The notes beneath the pieces are model-generated. The model worked only from the letters and a program-made list of their open reading frames with translations. It was not told the DNA's origin and did not search any database. A stretch of 64,000 nt of DNA. Origin: an uncultured Desulfobacterales bacterium. Its GTDB lineage: Bacteria > Desulfobacterota > DSM-4660 > Desulfatiglandales > HGW-15. Position numbers and translations under genes: made by a program. The stretch covers positions 9,083 through 73,082 of the forward strand of contig CAYVDE010000004.1 in NCBI GenBank assembly GCA_964450535.1, written 5' to 3'. The number at the start of each line of letters is the position of its first letter. The first letter of the stretch is position 1. This document shows, piece after piece, positions 1 to 8,377 of this stretch.

Positions 1-255
1 TCGGGGCTGATGTGTGGAACGGCGGATCGGTATGTTCTGCGAATCGAGTTCCCTTTCGTGCCGGGACCGGCTGTTGCTGTCGCTCAGCACATCGTAGGCT
101 TCGCGGATCTCGCGAAAACGCTCAGCGGTTTCCCTGCCGCCTTCGGCCGTATCCGGATGATAGCGGAAAGCCATTTCCCGGTAAGCCCTCTTGATCTCTT
201 CAGGGCCTGAGTCGCGGGCAATTCCCAGGATGCGGAAATAGTCTTTTTGTGACAT
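1..255 (-). CDS. J-domain (DnaJ-like) protein, partial; the 3' end lies outside the window
   Basis: Not in the ORF track because it runs off the window edge. My minus-strand translation from the ATG at 255 gives MSQKDYFRILGIARDSGPEEIKRAYREMAFRYHPDTAEGGRETAERFREIREAYDVLSD, a J domain with the HPD motif. Confidence 0.8.
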   Translation of the reverse strand, partial: MSQKDYFRILGIARDSGPEEIKRAYREMAFRYHPDTAEGGRETAERFREIREAYDVLSDSNSRSRHERELDSQNIPIRRSTHQPR

Positions 256-371
256 AAGACTACCTTAACTAATAATTTAATAGGAAAAAAATTAGCTATT
301 ATATGCTAATATTTAGTAGTTTTATTAATAATTAATGCAACAAATAGCGTCTTTAATTTTACCAATGCCTC

Positions 372-424
372 CTTCGTGGTGAGACAGATGATATTATACC
401 ACGAAGATCACGAAGTGCACGAAG
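372..424. repeat. Inverted plus triple direct CACGAAG repeat in the divergent J-protein/lon intergenic region
   Basis: CTTCGTGG lies at 372-379 and its inverted partner CCACGAAG at 399-406. Two further CACGAAG copies follow at 409-415 and 418-424, giving 9-bp phasing. Function is unknown; a protein-binding site is possible. Confidence 0.5.
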
Positions 425-876
425 AGGGAGAATAAGAATATGTGATCTTCTTTGTAGAACCATTCACTTAGTCCAGGGCGTTTTTACCGCGTCCAACAAC
501 ACAGCCACGGATACGGATCACGGGTCTCAGTGAGAAGATGTGGCTGTCCCCAGCTCATATCCATTGACCGTATTTTATCTCATTTGTATTCCCGATTCAA
601 TTTATCAAGGCGATCAGACCGCTGAAAACGATGGGTTTGTCTTCTTGAAAGGCCTGCCGGTAAAGGCCTTCGCTTTACAGTAGCCCGACGCTCTACTGCT
701 GATCAGTCTTATGCCGCCTGTGAAACAATACCCAGGTCGAGGCCCTTTACATCGGGGCAAACGTTCTTATTTTTAAGAATGAGTAATTCAACATGCATAA
801 AACAGTCAGGTTACGGCAAGATCAGAAGAAACACACGGAATTTGCCAAAACATATGTCAAAGGAGGCGTAGACCAT

Positions 877-3309
877 ATGGAAGAGCAACGCCATTCAAAT
901 AAAACAGTGGAGATTCCAGGAGAGCTTCCCATCCTGCCCTTGAGGAACATGGTGGGTTATCCGCTTTCGGTGATCCCCCTGCTTGTGGGAATTCCCAGAT
1001 CAGTTAAGTTGTTGGAGGACGCCTTGAGCGGCGACAAACTTGTGGGATTGGTGGGCATGCCTGATTCCTCCGTTGAAACCCCTCAGCCGGGGCAGACTTA
1101 CGAGATAGGGACTGTTGCCAAGGTGGACAGGGTGGTCAAGAGTTCCGACAACACCCTGCAGGTCCTGGTACACGGGCTGGAACGATTCAAAATCACTCAT
1201 TGGATCGAGACAGACCCTTACATGCGTGCCCAGGTGGAGCCCATACCAGACCGGGTGGACAAAGGAGTGGAACTGGACGCGCTTCAAAGGAGCCTGAGGG
1301 AACTGTCAAAAGAGGTGGTCAAGCTTTCCCCGAATCTTCCAGACGAGATCACTGCGTTCCTGGATCAGATTACCGATCCCCTGAACCTGGCCTATGTGGT
1401 GGCGGGTAACGCAGGGCTTGATGTGAAGGAGGCCCAGGAAGTCCTGGCGGCGGATACTGCATCTGAAAAGATGCGAAAGCTCATCAGGCATCTCACCCGG
1501 GAAAAAGAGGTGCTCAACCTCGGCCGGAAGATTGAATCCGAGACCAAGCAGACCATGGACAAGGCCCAGCGCGAGTTCTACCTGCGGCAGCAACTGAAGA
1601 CCATTCAGAAGGAACTGGGCGAGGACGAGGCCGGGTCTTCGGAGGCGGACGTTTACAGGCAGAAGCTGGAGGAGACGGAGCTGCCCGAAGAGGTGCGAAT
1701 GGAAGGCGAGCGGGAACTCAAGCGCATGGCCTCCATGTCCCCGCACTCTCCGGAGTACTCGGTGATTCGAACATATCTGGACTGGATCGTCGAACTCCCC
1801 TGGCAGGAGAGCAGTGAAGACCGGATGGATATTGAAGGCGCCCGGAAGGTCCTGGATGAGGATCATTACGACCTTGAGGATGTCAAGGAGCGCATTATAG
1901 AGTACCTCGCCGTTCGTAAGCTGATACAGGATAGAGGCCTGGATCTGGATAAGGAAGCGGTGGACGACGGGCGTGTACCTGATGCCAAAGGCGCTATCCT
2001 CTGTTTTGTGGGCCCCCCGGGTGTGGGTAAGACCAGCCTGGGCCAGAGTATCGCCAGGGCTTTGGGCCGGAAGTTCACCCGTATGAGCCTGGGCGGGATG
2101 CGAGACGAGGCGGAGATTCGAGGGCACCGGCGCACCTATATCGGGGCCATGCCGGGGAGAATCATTCAGGCCCTTAAGCGGGCCGGGACACGAAACCCGG
2201 TTTTTATGCTGGACGAGGTTGACAAGGTGGGGGCCGACTGGCGGGGCGATCCGAGCAGTGCGCTTCTCGAGGTCCTGGACCCGGCCCAGAATCATGCGTT
2301 TCGAGACCATTACCTTGATCTGGACTTCGACCTGAGCGACGTGATCTTCATCACCACGGCCAACCAATTGGAGACCATCCCGGCGCCTCTTCGCGACCGG
2401 ATGGAGACCCTTCACCTGGAGGGCTATACTGAGCTGGAGAAGCTCCATATCGCCCGGAAGTACCTGGTTCCCAGGCAAGTCAGGGCCAACGGACTCAGAG
2501 TGGATGAGCTCACCTTCTCGGATGAAGCCATTCAGAAAATCATACGGGACTACACCCGGGAAGCGGGTGTGCGGAACCTGGAACGCCAGATAGGGGCTGT
2601 CTGCCGGAAGTGCGCGGTCAAGGTCGCGGGCCAATCACTCAACCACGACCTTGTAACGCCCGATCTGGTGCGGGACTACCTGAAGAAGGAGCGTTTTGAA
2701 TCGGAGAATTCAGAGGAGATAGAAATCCCGGGGATAGCCACGGGTCTTGCCGTTACAGCCGTGGGGGGCGATATCCTGTTCGTAGAGGCCACGGGCATGA
2801 AAGGCAAGGGCCGTCTTACGCTCACGGGCCAGCTGGGGGAAGTCATGCGGGAGAGCGCGCGCATAGCACAGAGTTACGTGCGGTCCAAGGCTGCGCGACT
2901 CAACGTGGACCCGGCTGTGTTCGAACAGACGGACGTGCATGTCCACGTGCCGGCAGGTGCCATCCCCAAGGACGGTCCTTCGGCAGGGCTTCCCATGGTC
3001 CTGGCCATGGCAAGCCTGTTCAGCGGCCGCCCGGTGCGGGGGGACCTGGGAATGACGGGGGAGGTCACCTTGAGGGGCCGTGTGCTTCCTGTGGGCGGCA
3101 TCAAAATGAAGGTGCTGGCGGCACACCGGGCCGGACTCAAGGCGGTCGTCTTGCCCAGGCGTAACGAGCGGGACCTTGAAGATCTGCCGGATGAGGTGAG
3201 AAAGGACATCCGTTTTGTTCCGGTGGATCTCATTGATGAGGCCCTTGGTGAGGCCCTGGGTACTCCGGTGTACGAGGAGGAGGATTCACCTGCCGCTGTG
3301 AACGGTTGA
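877..3309 (+). CDS. lon: ATP-dependent Lon protease
   Basis: The N-terminal domain (IPGELPILPLRNMVGYP), Walker A (GPPGVGKTS) and catalytic-serine motif (PKDGPSAG) are all present. I chose the ATG at 877, preceded by AGGAGG, because it matches Lon N-termini better than the track start at 793. Confidence 0.95.
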   Translation: MEEQRHSNKTVEIPGELPILPLRNMVGYPLSVIPLLVGIPRSVKLLEDALSGDKLVGLVGMPDSSVETPQPGQTYEIGTVAKVDRVVKSSDNTLQVLVHGLERFKITHWIETDPYMRAQVEPIPDRVDKGVELDALQRSLRELSKEVVKLSPNLPDEITAFLDQITDPLNLAYVVAGNAGLDVKEAQEVLAADTASEKMRKLIRHLTREKEVLNLGRKIESETKQTMDKAQREFYLRQQLKTIQKELGEDEAGSSEADVYRQKLEETELPEEVRMEGERELKRMASMSPHSPEYSVIRTYLDWIVELPWQESSEDRMDIEGARKVLDEDHYDLEDVKERIIEYLAVRKLIQDRGLDLDKEAVDDGRVPDAKGAILCFVGPPGVGKTSLGQSIARALGRKFTRMSLGGMRDEAEIRGHRRTYIGAMPGRIIQALKRAGTRNPVFMLDEVDKVGADWRGDPSSALLEVLDPAQNHAFRDHYLDLDFDLSDVIFITTANQLETIPAPLRDRMETLHLEGYTELEKLHIARKYLVPRQVRANGLRVDELTFSDEAIQKIIRDYTREAGVRNLERQIGAVCRKCAVKVAGQSLNHDLVTPDLVRDYLKKERFESENSEEIEIPGIATGLAVTAVGGDILFVEATGMKGKGRLTLTGQLGEVMRESARIAQSYVRSKAARLNVDPAVFEQTDVHVHVPAGAIPKDGPSAGLPMVLAMASLFSGRPVRGDLGMTGEVTLRGRVLPVGGIKMKVLAAHRAGLKAVVLPRRNERDLEDLPDEVRKDIRFVPVDLIDEALGEALGTPVYEEEDSPAAVNG

Positions 3310-3347
3310 TGCTTTCCTGAACCGGCTCCGGCGGTCAGTCATGAAGC

Positions 3348-3379
3348 AAAAAAGGCAGGGCGATTGCCATGCCTTTTTT
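3348..3379. terminator. Bidirectional intrinsic terminator downstream of lon
   Basis: AAAAAAGGCA (3348-3357) pairs with TGCCTTTTTT (3370-3379). This forms a GC-core hairpin flanked by an A-run and a T-run. Confidence 0.7.
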
Positions 3380-3417
3380 GCTGCCTGGAAGGAGGATATG
3401 GTTCTACTCCCATTACT

Positions 3418-3760
3418 TTATCCGGCCTGAGGCGATCTCGCCGTAAAGGCCGGAGCCCACGAGCAGTACAGTGTGTCGAATCCGAAGGCGGACCGGAAGC
3501 CCCCCAAGTCGTTCCAAGCCCCACCTCGCAGGAAGCGATCCCGTTCAAAGGGTTCGCAACACACGGACTGCTCGCAGGGTCTCCGAAAAGTTGTGTGCGC
3601 GATCCGGGTCAGGAGCGGGAATCACTCCGCACCCGCTGATCAGCGCCCTTTTGTGGTCGGCCCATTTCAATCCACTTCCCTGCGAGGCCTTCCAGATGCG
3701 CCCATCTTCTGTAGCAAAGATGATGCCAGGAGGATGTTTTCTGGATAAAGTACGTAATTA
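3418..3760 (-). pseudogene. Decayed FGE-sulfatase (SUMF1/formylglycine-generating enzyme) family gene fragment
   Basis: Start-less minus-strand frames read ...PDPDRAHNFSETLRAVRVLR and then, after a frame change, RGGAWNDLGGFRSAFGF...stop (TAA at 3420-3418). RVLRGGxWN...RSAxR is the typical C-terminal signature of this domain. There is no intact ORF. Confidence 0.3.
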
Positions 3761-4094
3761 CAGGCTGTTGAGAGATGTGGTCTGTTTTTAAGGGGCCCAA
3801 AATATAGAGGATGAAAGGCTTTGCTGTCCGGGATTCAGGCATCAGGGGGTGAAATACACCTATAACCAGCTGTTGAAATTGTAAAATCGGATTGTCTTGG
3901 TGGTGTAGCAGATTCGGACATGTTCGCAGGGAGCACCCTTCTCAGCCTTCACCGCGATAATGATGAGGTTTAGGAAGAGGCGCTTGGAGACGGCGGGCAG
4001 CGATGAACCGGAATAAAGAGGATGAGTGGTCCGTTTCGCAGGAAAGACACCGGAATAATCACGCCCGCCGATGGTGAATCAGGGTGTGTTTTTA

Positions 4095-4595
4095 CTACAT
4101 GCTTCGGACTTTGGTGATCATGGCGTCCGCGAAGTCCCGGGCGTCATCCAGGTCCCCCTGGTCCGGGTGACCTGCCGCACTCTGGGCCTCCAGGGCCCAG
4201 GGCTTGTGCTCCATCTTTTTCATAAGGGCTTCGATGATGGAGCCTTTCACCTTGCCACGGCAACCGAAAGTGCCGAGCGTATTAAGGCGGGAGGCCAGTT
4301 GGGTGGCCTCGTAAAAGGCTGAGATGGCCAGTTCGCCGCCCCGCAGGGAACCATGAGTCGCAAAGAAAGCAATTTTCGTATCCTGAGGCAGGCTCTTGAT
4401 GAACGCGGCAACCTTTGAAGGCACGCTGTGGGCATGTACGGGAAAACCGCAAAAAACCACGTCATACTCATCCACTGGGCCCACATCCGCCAGTGGAATA
4501 ATGTCCTTGGTGGCTTCCTTGATGCCGTCGTAAATCGCTTCAGCAACCATTTTAGTGTTTCCGGTGTCGGAATAGTATGTTACCAGTGCCTTCAT
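4095..4595 (-). CDS. Flavodoxin-family protein
   Basis: The N-terminus MKALVTYYSDTGNTKMVAEAI is the flavodoxin FMN-phosphate loop. It is 166 aa long, and AAGGAGG precedes the ATG. Confidence 0.8.
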   Translation of the reverse strand: MKALVTYYSDTGNTKMVAEAIYDGIKEATKDIIPLADVGPVDEYDVVFCGFPVHAHSVPSKVAAFIKSLPQDTKIAFFATHGSLRGGELAISAFYEATQLASRLNTLGTFGCRGKVKGSIIEALMKKMEHKPWALEAQSAAGHPDQGDLDDARDFADAMITKVRSM

Positions 4596-4739
4596 CGTGT
4601 CCTCCTTGTCAAAATCAATGCCATGGTCTATGTACAGGATTTAGGAAGCCTTGACAAGAAATTTAACCGCGAGATTAAACCGCCTTGCCGAATGAGGCCT
4701 GTGCTTTGGTTTTTTATAAGACGGAGGCAATTACAGATC

Positions 4740-5768
4740 ATGAAAGCAATGGTACTTGAAAGAATCTGCAGTTTGGTGGAGGACACTTCGCCTCTCGAGG
4801 ACCGTGAGGTCCCTGAACCGGTTCCCCGGCAGGGAGAGATCCTGGTGGAGGTGGAAGTATGCGGGGTGTGCCACACCGAACTGGATGAAATCGAAGGCCG
4901 AACACCCCCTCCGATTCTGCCGGTGATCCCCGGTCATCAAGTGGTGGGTCGCGTGGTCGGGTTCGGTCCCGGAGCGGCCGCGTTTCAGACCGGAGACCGG
5001 GTGGGGGTCGCCTGGATCCATTCTTCGTGCGGATCGTGCAGGCACTGCCTCGCCGGCGAAGAGAACCTGTGCCCTGATTTTCGTGCCACAGGCCGCGATG
5101 CGGACGGAGGTTATGCCGAGTACATGACCGTCCCTGAATCATCGGCTTTTGCAATTCCCGGCGTCTTTTCCGAGGTGGAAGCCGCACCGCTTCTGTGTGC
5201 AGGTGCCATCGGATACCGTTCCCTCAGGCTGACAGGCCTCGAGGACGGTTGCGCCCTCGGGCTCACCGGTTTCGGCGCTTCGGCTCACCTGGTCCTCAAG
5301 ATGGTTGGACACCGCTACCCCAACACCCGGGTCTATGTGTTCGCCCGCAGTGAGAGGGAGCGCGCTTTTGCGCTGGAACTCGGGGCGGTTTGGGCCGGAT
5401 CAACGGAGGACCGGGCACCGGAGGAACTGAACTGCATCATTGACACGACCCCGGCTTGGAAGCCCGTGGTAAAGGCCCTTCAAAGCCTAGCACCTGGAGG
5501 ACGGCTGGTGATCAACGCCATTCGCAAGGAGAATGGAGACAAGGCCGAGCTGTTGGGCCTGGTCTACGAGGAGCATCTATGGATGGAAAAGGAAATAAAG
5601 AGCGTGGCCAACGTGGCCCGGCGGGATGTCTCGGAGTTTCTTTCCCTTGCGGCCGAGATTCCGATCCTCCCGGATACCCGGGAGTTCGATCTTGCCGATG
5701 CGAACCGTGCTTTGCTGGAGCTCAAGAATAGAAAGATTCGGGGTGCCAAGGTCCTGCGAATCAAATAG
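4740..5768 (+). CDS. Zinc-dependent alcohol dehydrogenase (MDR family)
   Basis: MKAMVLE...EVCGVCHTELDEIEG (catalytic Zn Cys/His) and a structural-Zn Cys cluster (CGSCRHCLAGEENLC) are present. The start was moved from the track start 4428 to the in-frame ATG at 4740. Confidence 0.85.
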   Translation: MKAMVLERICSLVEDTSPLEDREVPEPVPRQGEILVEVEVCGVCHTELDEIEGRTPPPILPVIPGHQVVGRVVGFGPGAAAFQTGDRVGVAWIHSSCGSCRHCLAGEENLCPDFRATGRDADGGYAEYMTVPESSAFAIPGVFSEVEAAPLLCAGAIGYRSLRLTGLEDGCALGLTGFGASAHLVLKMVGHRYPNTRVYVFARSERERAFALELGAVWAGSTEDRAPEELNCIIDTTPAWKPVVKALQSLAPGGRLVINAIRKENGDKAELLGLVYEEHLWMEKEIKSVANVARRDVSEFLSLAAEIPILPDTREFDLADANRALLELKNRKIRGAKVLRIK

Positions 5769-5784
5769 GAGATCTTGTAATCCC

Positions 5785-5842
5785 TTGATTTCCTTGATCT
5801 TGCAAAAAACATCTCACTTCTGAATTGGAAACTTGCCAGTGC
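5785..5842. repeat. Dispersed ~58-nt repeat, copy A (partner at 63942-64000)
   Basis: CTTGATTTCCTTGATCTTGCAAAAAACATCTCACTTCTGAATTGGAAACTTGCCAGTGC aligns with 63942-64000. By manual alignment there are only a few substitutions and 1-nt indels. Confidence 0.7.
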
Positions 5843-5997
5843 CCGAAAGGCGTTTCTGGATGGGCACTAATTTGCAATTATCCTTGACGATTTTGGCGTC
5901 TTGGCAATAGATGAAAAATAGTTATATTTATTTATACGCGAGGACGACTTCAACTCCGGGCCGGAACACCATATCCGGCCGATAATGGAAAGGGTTC

Positions 5998-7170
5998 ATG
6001 GCAGACGACTTCTACAAGATCCTGGGAGTATCAAAGGACGCATCCCAGGAGGAGGTAAAAAAGGCGTACCGTAAACTGGCCCGAAAGTGGCATCCCGACC
6101 TCAACCCCGGGAATCAGGATGCGGAGCAGAAGTTCAAGGACGTCTCCCGCGCATATGAGGCCTTGGGTAACGAAGACAAACGCAAGCTTTACGACGAGTT
6201 CGGAGAAGAAGGCCTCCAGTCAGGTTTCAATGCGGATCAGGCCAGGGAGTATAGTAAGTGGCGTTCCGCAGGCCAGGGATTCAGCCGCGACACCGGTCGG
6301 GGCTGGGCCGGAGCAGGCGCTTCCGCAGGGGGGTTCGGGCAGTACAGCAGCTATGAAGACATCTTCGGCGATATCTTCGGGTTCGGAGCGGGAGCAGGGA
6401 CAGGCGCGGATTTTGGACGCGAGCATCCGTCCCGTGGAAGAGACCTTGAGCACGAGATGACCATAGACCTCCTCAGTGCGCTCCGCGGCTTTGAGACCGA
6501 ACTTGCCATGGAAAAGCCGGTGAGCTGTTCCAGGTGCGGCGGGGGCGGCCAAGAGCCCGGTTCGACCATGAGACCGTGCCCGGCGTGCGGGGGCTCGGGC
6601 CGGCTCAATGTGGCGGAAGGCCCCATGCAGTTTACCAGAGCCTGCCCTCAGTGCGGTGGACACGGCCAACTGGGAACCCCGTGCTCCAACTGCGGGGGGA
6701 GCGGTCGAGTTCGCGGGAGCGAACGGATCAGGGTAAAAATACCCAAAGGCGTAAGAGAGGGTTCACGTGTGCGGGTGTCGGGCAAGGGTGAACCGGGTGC
6801 CGGGGGCGGCCCGGCCGGAGACCTCTACCTTGTTATTCATATCAAACCGCATCCACTCCTGCGGCGGGAGGGGGACGACCTGCACATGGAGCTTCCACTG
6901 ACCGTTCAGGAGGCGATGGCCGGTGCAAGCATTACCATTCCAACCCCGGATGGGTCCGTAAACGTGAAGGTCCCCCCCAAGAGCCAGAGCGGCCAGACCC
7001 TTAGGCTCAAGGGAAAGGGCGCCTATAACGCCAAGAAAAAGACCGAGGGTGACCTCCTGGTAAAACTGAGTGTAAAGGTTCCCAGAACGGATGATCCTCG
7101 GGCCCTGGAGGCTGCAGGGCGTCTGGAAGAGGAGTACCGGGAGGGCATTCGCAAGGACTTGAGGTTGTAA
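5998..7170 (+). CDS. dnaJ: Molecular chaperone DnaJ (type I: J domain, G/F region, four CxxCxGxG zinc-finger repeats)
   Basis: The J domain reads DFYKILGV...WHPDLNPG. It is followed by a Gly/Phe-rich linker and the zinc-finger repeats [24 protein letters not shown] and CSNCGGSG. Confidence 0.9.
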   Translation: MADDFYKILGVSKDASQEEVKKAYRKLARKWHPDLNPGNQDAEQKFKDVSRAYEALGNEDKRKLYDEFGEEGLQSGFNADQAREYSKWRSAGQGFSRDTGRGWAGAGASAGGFGQYSSYEDIFGDIFGFGAGAGTGADFGREHPSRGRDLEHEMTIDLLSALRGFETELAMEKPVSCSRCGGGGQEPGSTMRPCPACGGSGRLNVAEGPMQFTRACPQCGGHGQLGTPCSNCGGSGRVRGSERIRVKIPKGVREGSRVRVSGKGEPGAGGGPAGDLYLVIHIKPHPLLRREGDDLHMELPLTVQEAMAGASITIPTPDGSVNVKVPPKSQSGQTLRLKGKGAYNAKKKTEGDLLVKLSVKVPRTDDPRALEAAGRLEEEYREGIRKDLRL

Positions 7171-7180
7171 AAGGATCTCC

Positions 7181-7504
7181 TCAACGGTGGTTGCGCTCCT
7201 GAAGCAGCCTTCGGACATTGCCGGCCATGTCCTCGAGAATGTGATCAAATTGGGCCCGCATGTCAAACATGCACTGCCTCATGTGCAGTATGATCTCAAC
7301 ACCGGCCAGGTTGACGCCCATGTCTTCCACGAGCAGCTTTGCCAGCCTCAACCTTTCCAGATCGGCCTCTGAGTAACGCTTTTCGCAATGGTCTCCCGGG
7401 CTGTCCGGACAGACTATTTCCTCTTCTTCGAGTTCGTCCAGAAGCCGGGCTTCCATCTGAAATATTTCTATGATCTCAGTGCTCGTCCAATATTTATCAG
7501 CCAT
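7181..7504 (-). CDS. CbpM/MerR-like chaperone-modulator family protein
   Basis: The protein starts MADKYWTSTEIIEIF...RYSEADLERLRLAKLLVEDMGVNLAGVEIILHM, which resembles CbpM/HspR-type MerR-fold proteins. The start is the ATG at 7504, preceded by GAGGAGG. The gene is convergent with dnaJ. Confidence 0.6.
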   Translation of the reverse strand: MADKYWTSTEIIEIFQMEARLLDELEEEEIVCPDSPGDHCEKRYSEADLERLRLAKLLVEDMGVNLAGVEIILHMRQCMFDMRAQFDHILEDMAGNVRRLLQERNHR

Positions 7505-7521
7505 GACAGGCCTCCTCAGCC

Positions 7522-8361
7522 TCAAAGATTGAACTCCTCCTCTTGGCGGACGGCGGTGCAGCGCATGTCAGAACCTCTGCTGCGAATAATGTCCAGGCAC
7601 CTTTCCACGATTGCGTCCAGCTCTTTGTCCTCACGGTCCTGGTTGTGATGATAGAGCCCGAGGTGACGGACCCCGGCGGCCAGGGCCAGATCCACGGCGT
7701 CGGCATAAGAGGAGTGTCCCCATGTCTTCTTTATTCCGTACTCTTCGGGCGTGAACTCCGCGTCATGGATGAGAAGTTCCGCGCCTTGTGAGAACTCGGC
7801 GTAATCATCGAATATCCTGCCCCCCCGGTGACGATACCCCAGCTCGTTATCGGTCAGGAATACAAAGCTGCGGCCTTTTTCAGTAAACCGGAACCCTAAG
7901 CCGGTATTTGGATGGCTGAGCTGAATGGATTTGATTTCAATGGAGTCTATATAAAACGTCTCACTGCAGTCATTGGCGTAAAGAACAGCAGCCTTGAGCT
8001 TTTCAAACGGGTAAGGGAAATATGGTGCGCTCATGGTCTTGGAGAGCAGTTTCCTTATGTCTCCCTGCGTTGTGGCGCAGCCCATGAGGTGGATAGTAGA
8101 GTGTTCGCTGTAAATGGGTTTGAAAAAGGGGAATCCCAGGATGTGGTCCCAGTGGGAGTGGGTGAATAATATATTATACTCGAAACGGCCCTCCATCAGA
8201 AGATTGTTTCCCAGCCTGCGGATTCCGGACCCTGCATCCACTGCAATGATTGCGTCGTTCTTGCTTCTAATCTCAATGCACGTGGTGTCCCCTCCGTACT
8301 TCAGGTAGCCCTTGCCTGAGACCGGAATGGAGCCGCGAGCCCCGTGGCATCGAATGATCAT
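7522..8361 (-). CDS. MBL-fold metallo-hydrolase
   Basis: It carries the HSHWDHILG (HxHxDH) motif and is 279 aa long. GGGAGGG precedes the ATG. Confidence 0.8.
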   Translation of the reverse strand: MIIRCHGARGSIPVSGKGYLKYGGDTTCIEIRSKNDAIIAVDAGSGIRRLGNNLLMEGRFEYNILFTHSHWDHILGFPFFKPIYSEHSTIHLMGCATTQGDIRKLLSKTMSAPYFPYPFEKLKAAVLYANDCSETFYIDSIEIKSIQLSHPNTGLGFRFTEKGRSFVFLTDNELGYRHRGGRIFDDYAEFSQGAELLIHDAEFTPEEYGIKKTWGHSSYADAVDLALAAGVRHLGLYHHNQDREDKELDAIVERCLDIIRSRGSDMRCTAVRQEEEFNL

Positions 8362-8377
8362 TCAAGCCCTCCCATGG

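Noticed and set aside
644-672. A sigma32-type heat-shock promoter upstream of lon (CTTGAAA at 644-650).
   Set aside because: No CCCCATNT-like -10 lies at 13-15 nt spacing; the sequence there is GGCCTTCG. A single -35-like heptamer is not sufficient.
793-876. N-terminal extensions offered by the ORF track for lon, and likewise at 4428, 15808, 17106, 32632, 40172, 40708, 42529, 42595, 54250, 55475, 59869, 61080 and 62304.
   Set aside because: Internal starts give family-typical N-termini, have Shine-Dalgarno sequences at the right distance, and often create 4-nt overlaps with the upstream gene. The extensions overlap neighbouring genes or have atypical composition.
1306-2634. A 442-aa ORF antisense to lon. 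Similar long antisense or off-frame ORFs occur at 37358-38410, 43024-44067, 44768-45721, 51690-52841, 58970-59878, 60043-61164 and 60990-62753.
   Set aside because: All lie entirely inside well-supported genes on the opposite strand. They have Arg/Pro/Gly/His-rich low-complexity composition, which is typical of stop-codon-poor antisense frames in high-GC DNA. They lack RBSs and recognisable motifs.
3470-3505. A tmRNA-like 5' string on the minus strand (GGGGGGCUUCCGG...GGAUUCGAC).
   Set aside because: Only about 165 nt are available before the lon terminator. There is no tRNA-like 3' end (T-arm plus CCA) and no tag reading frame. The stretch is better explained as coding remnant (…GGFRSAFGFD…).
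5861-5876. A sigma54 -24/-12 promoter upstream of dnaJ (TGGGCACTAATTTGCA).
   Set aside because: GG-N10-GC spacing is met only if the -24 box reads TGGGCA rather than TGGCAC, and the alternative register gives N9. It is kept as a remark inside the repeat finding but is not annotated as a promoter.
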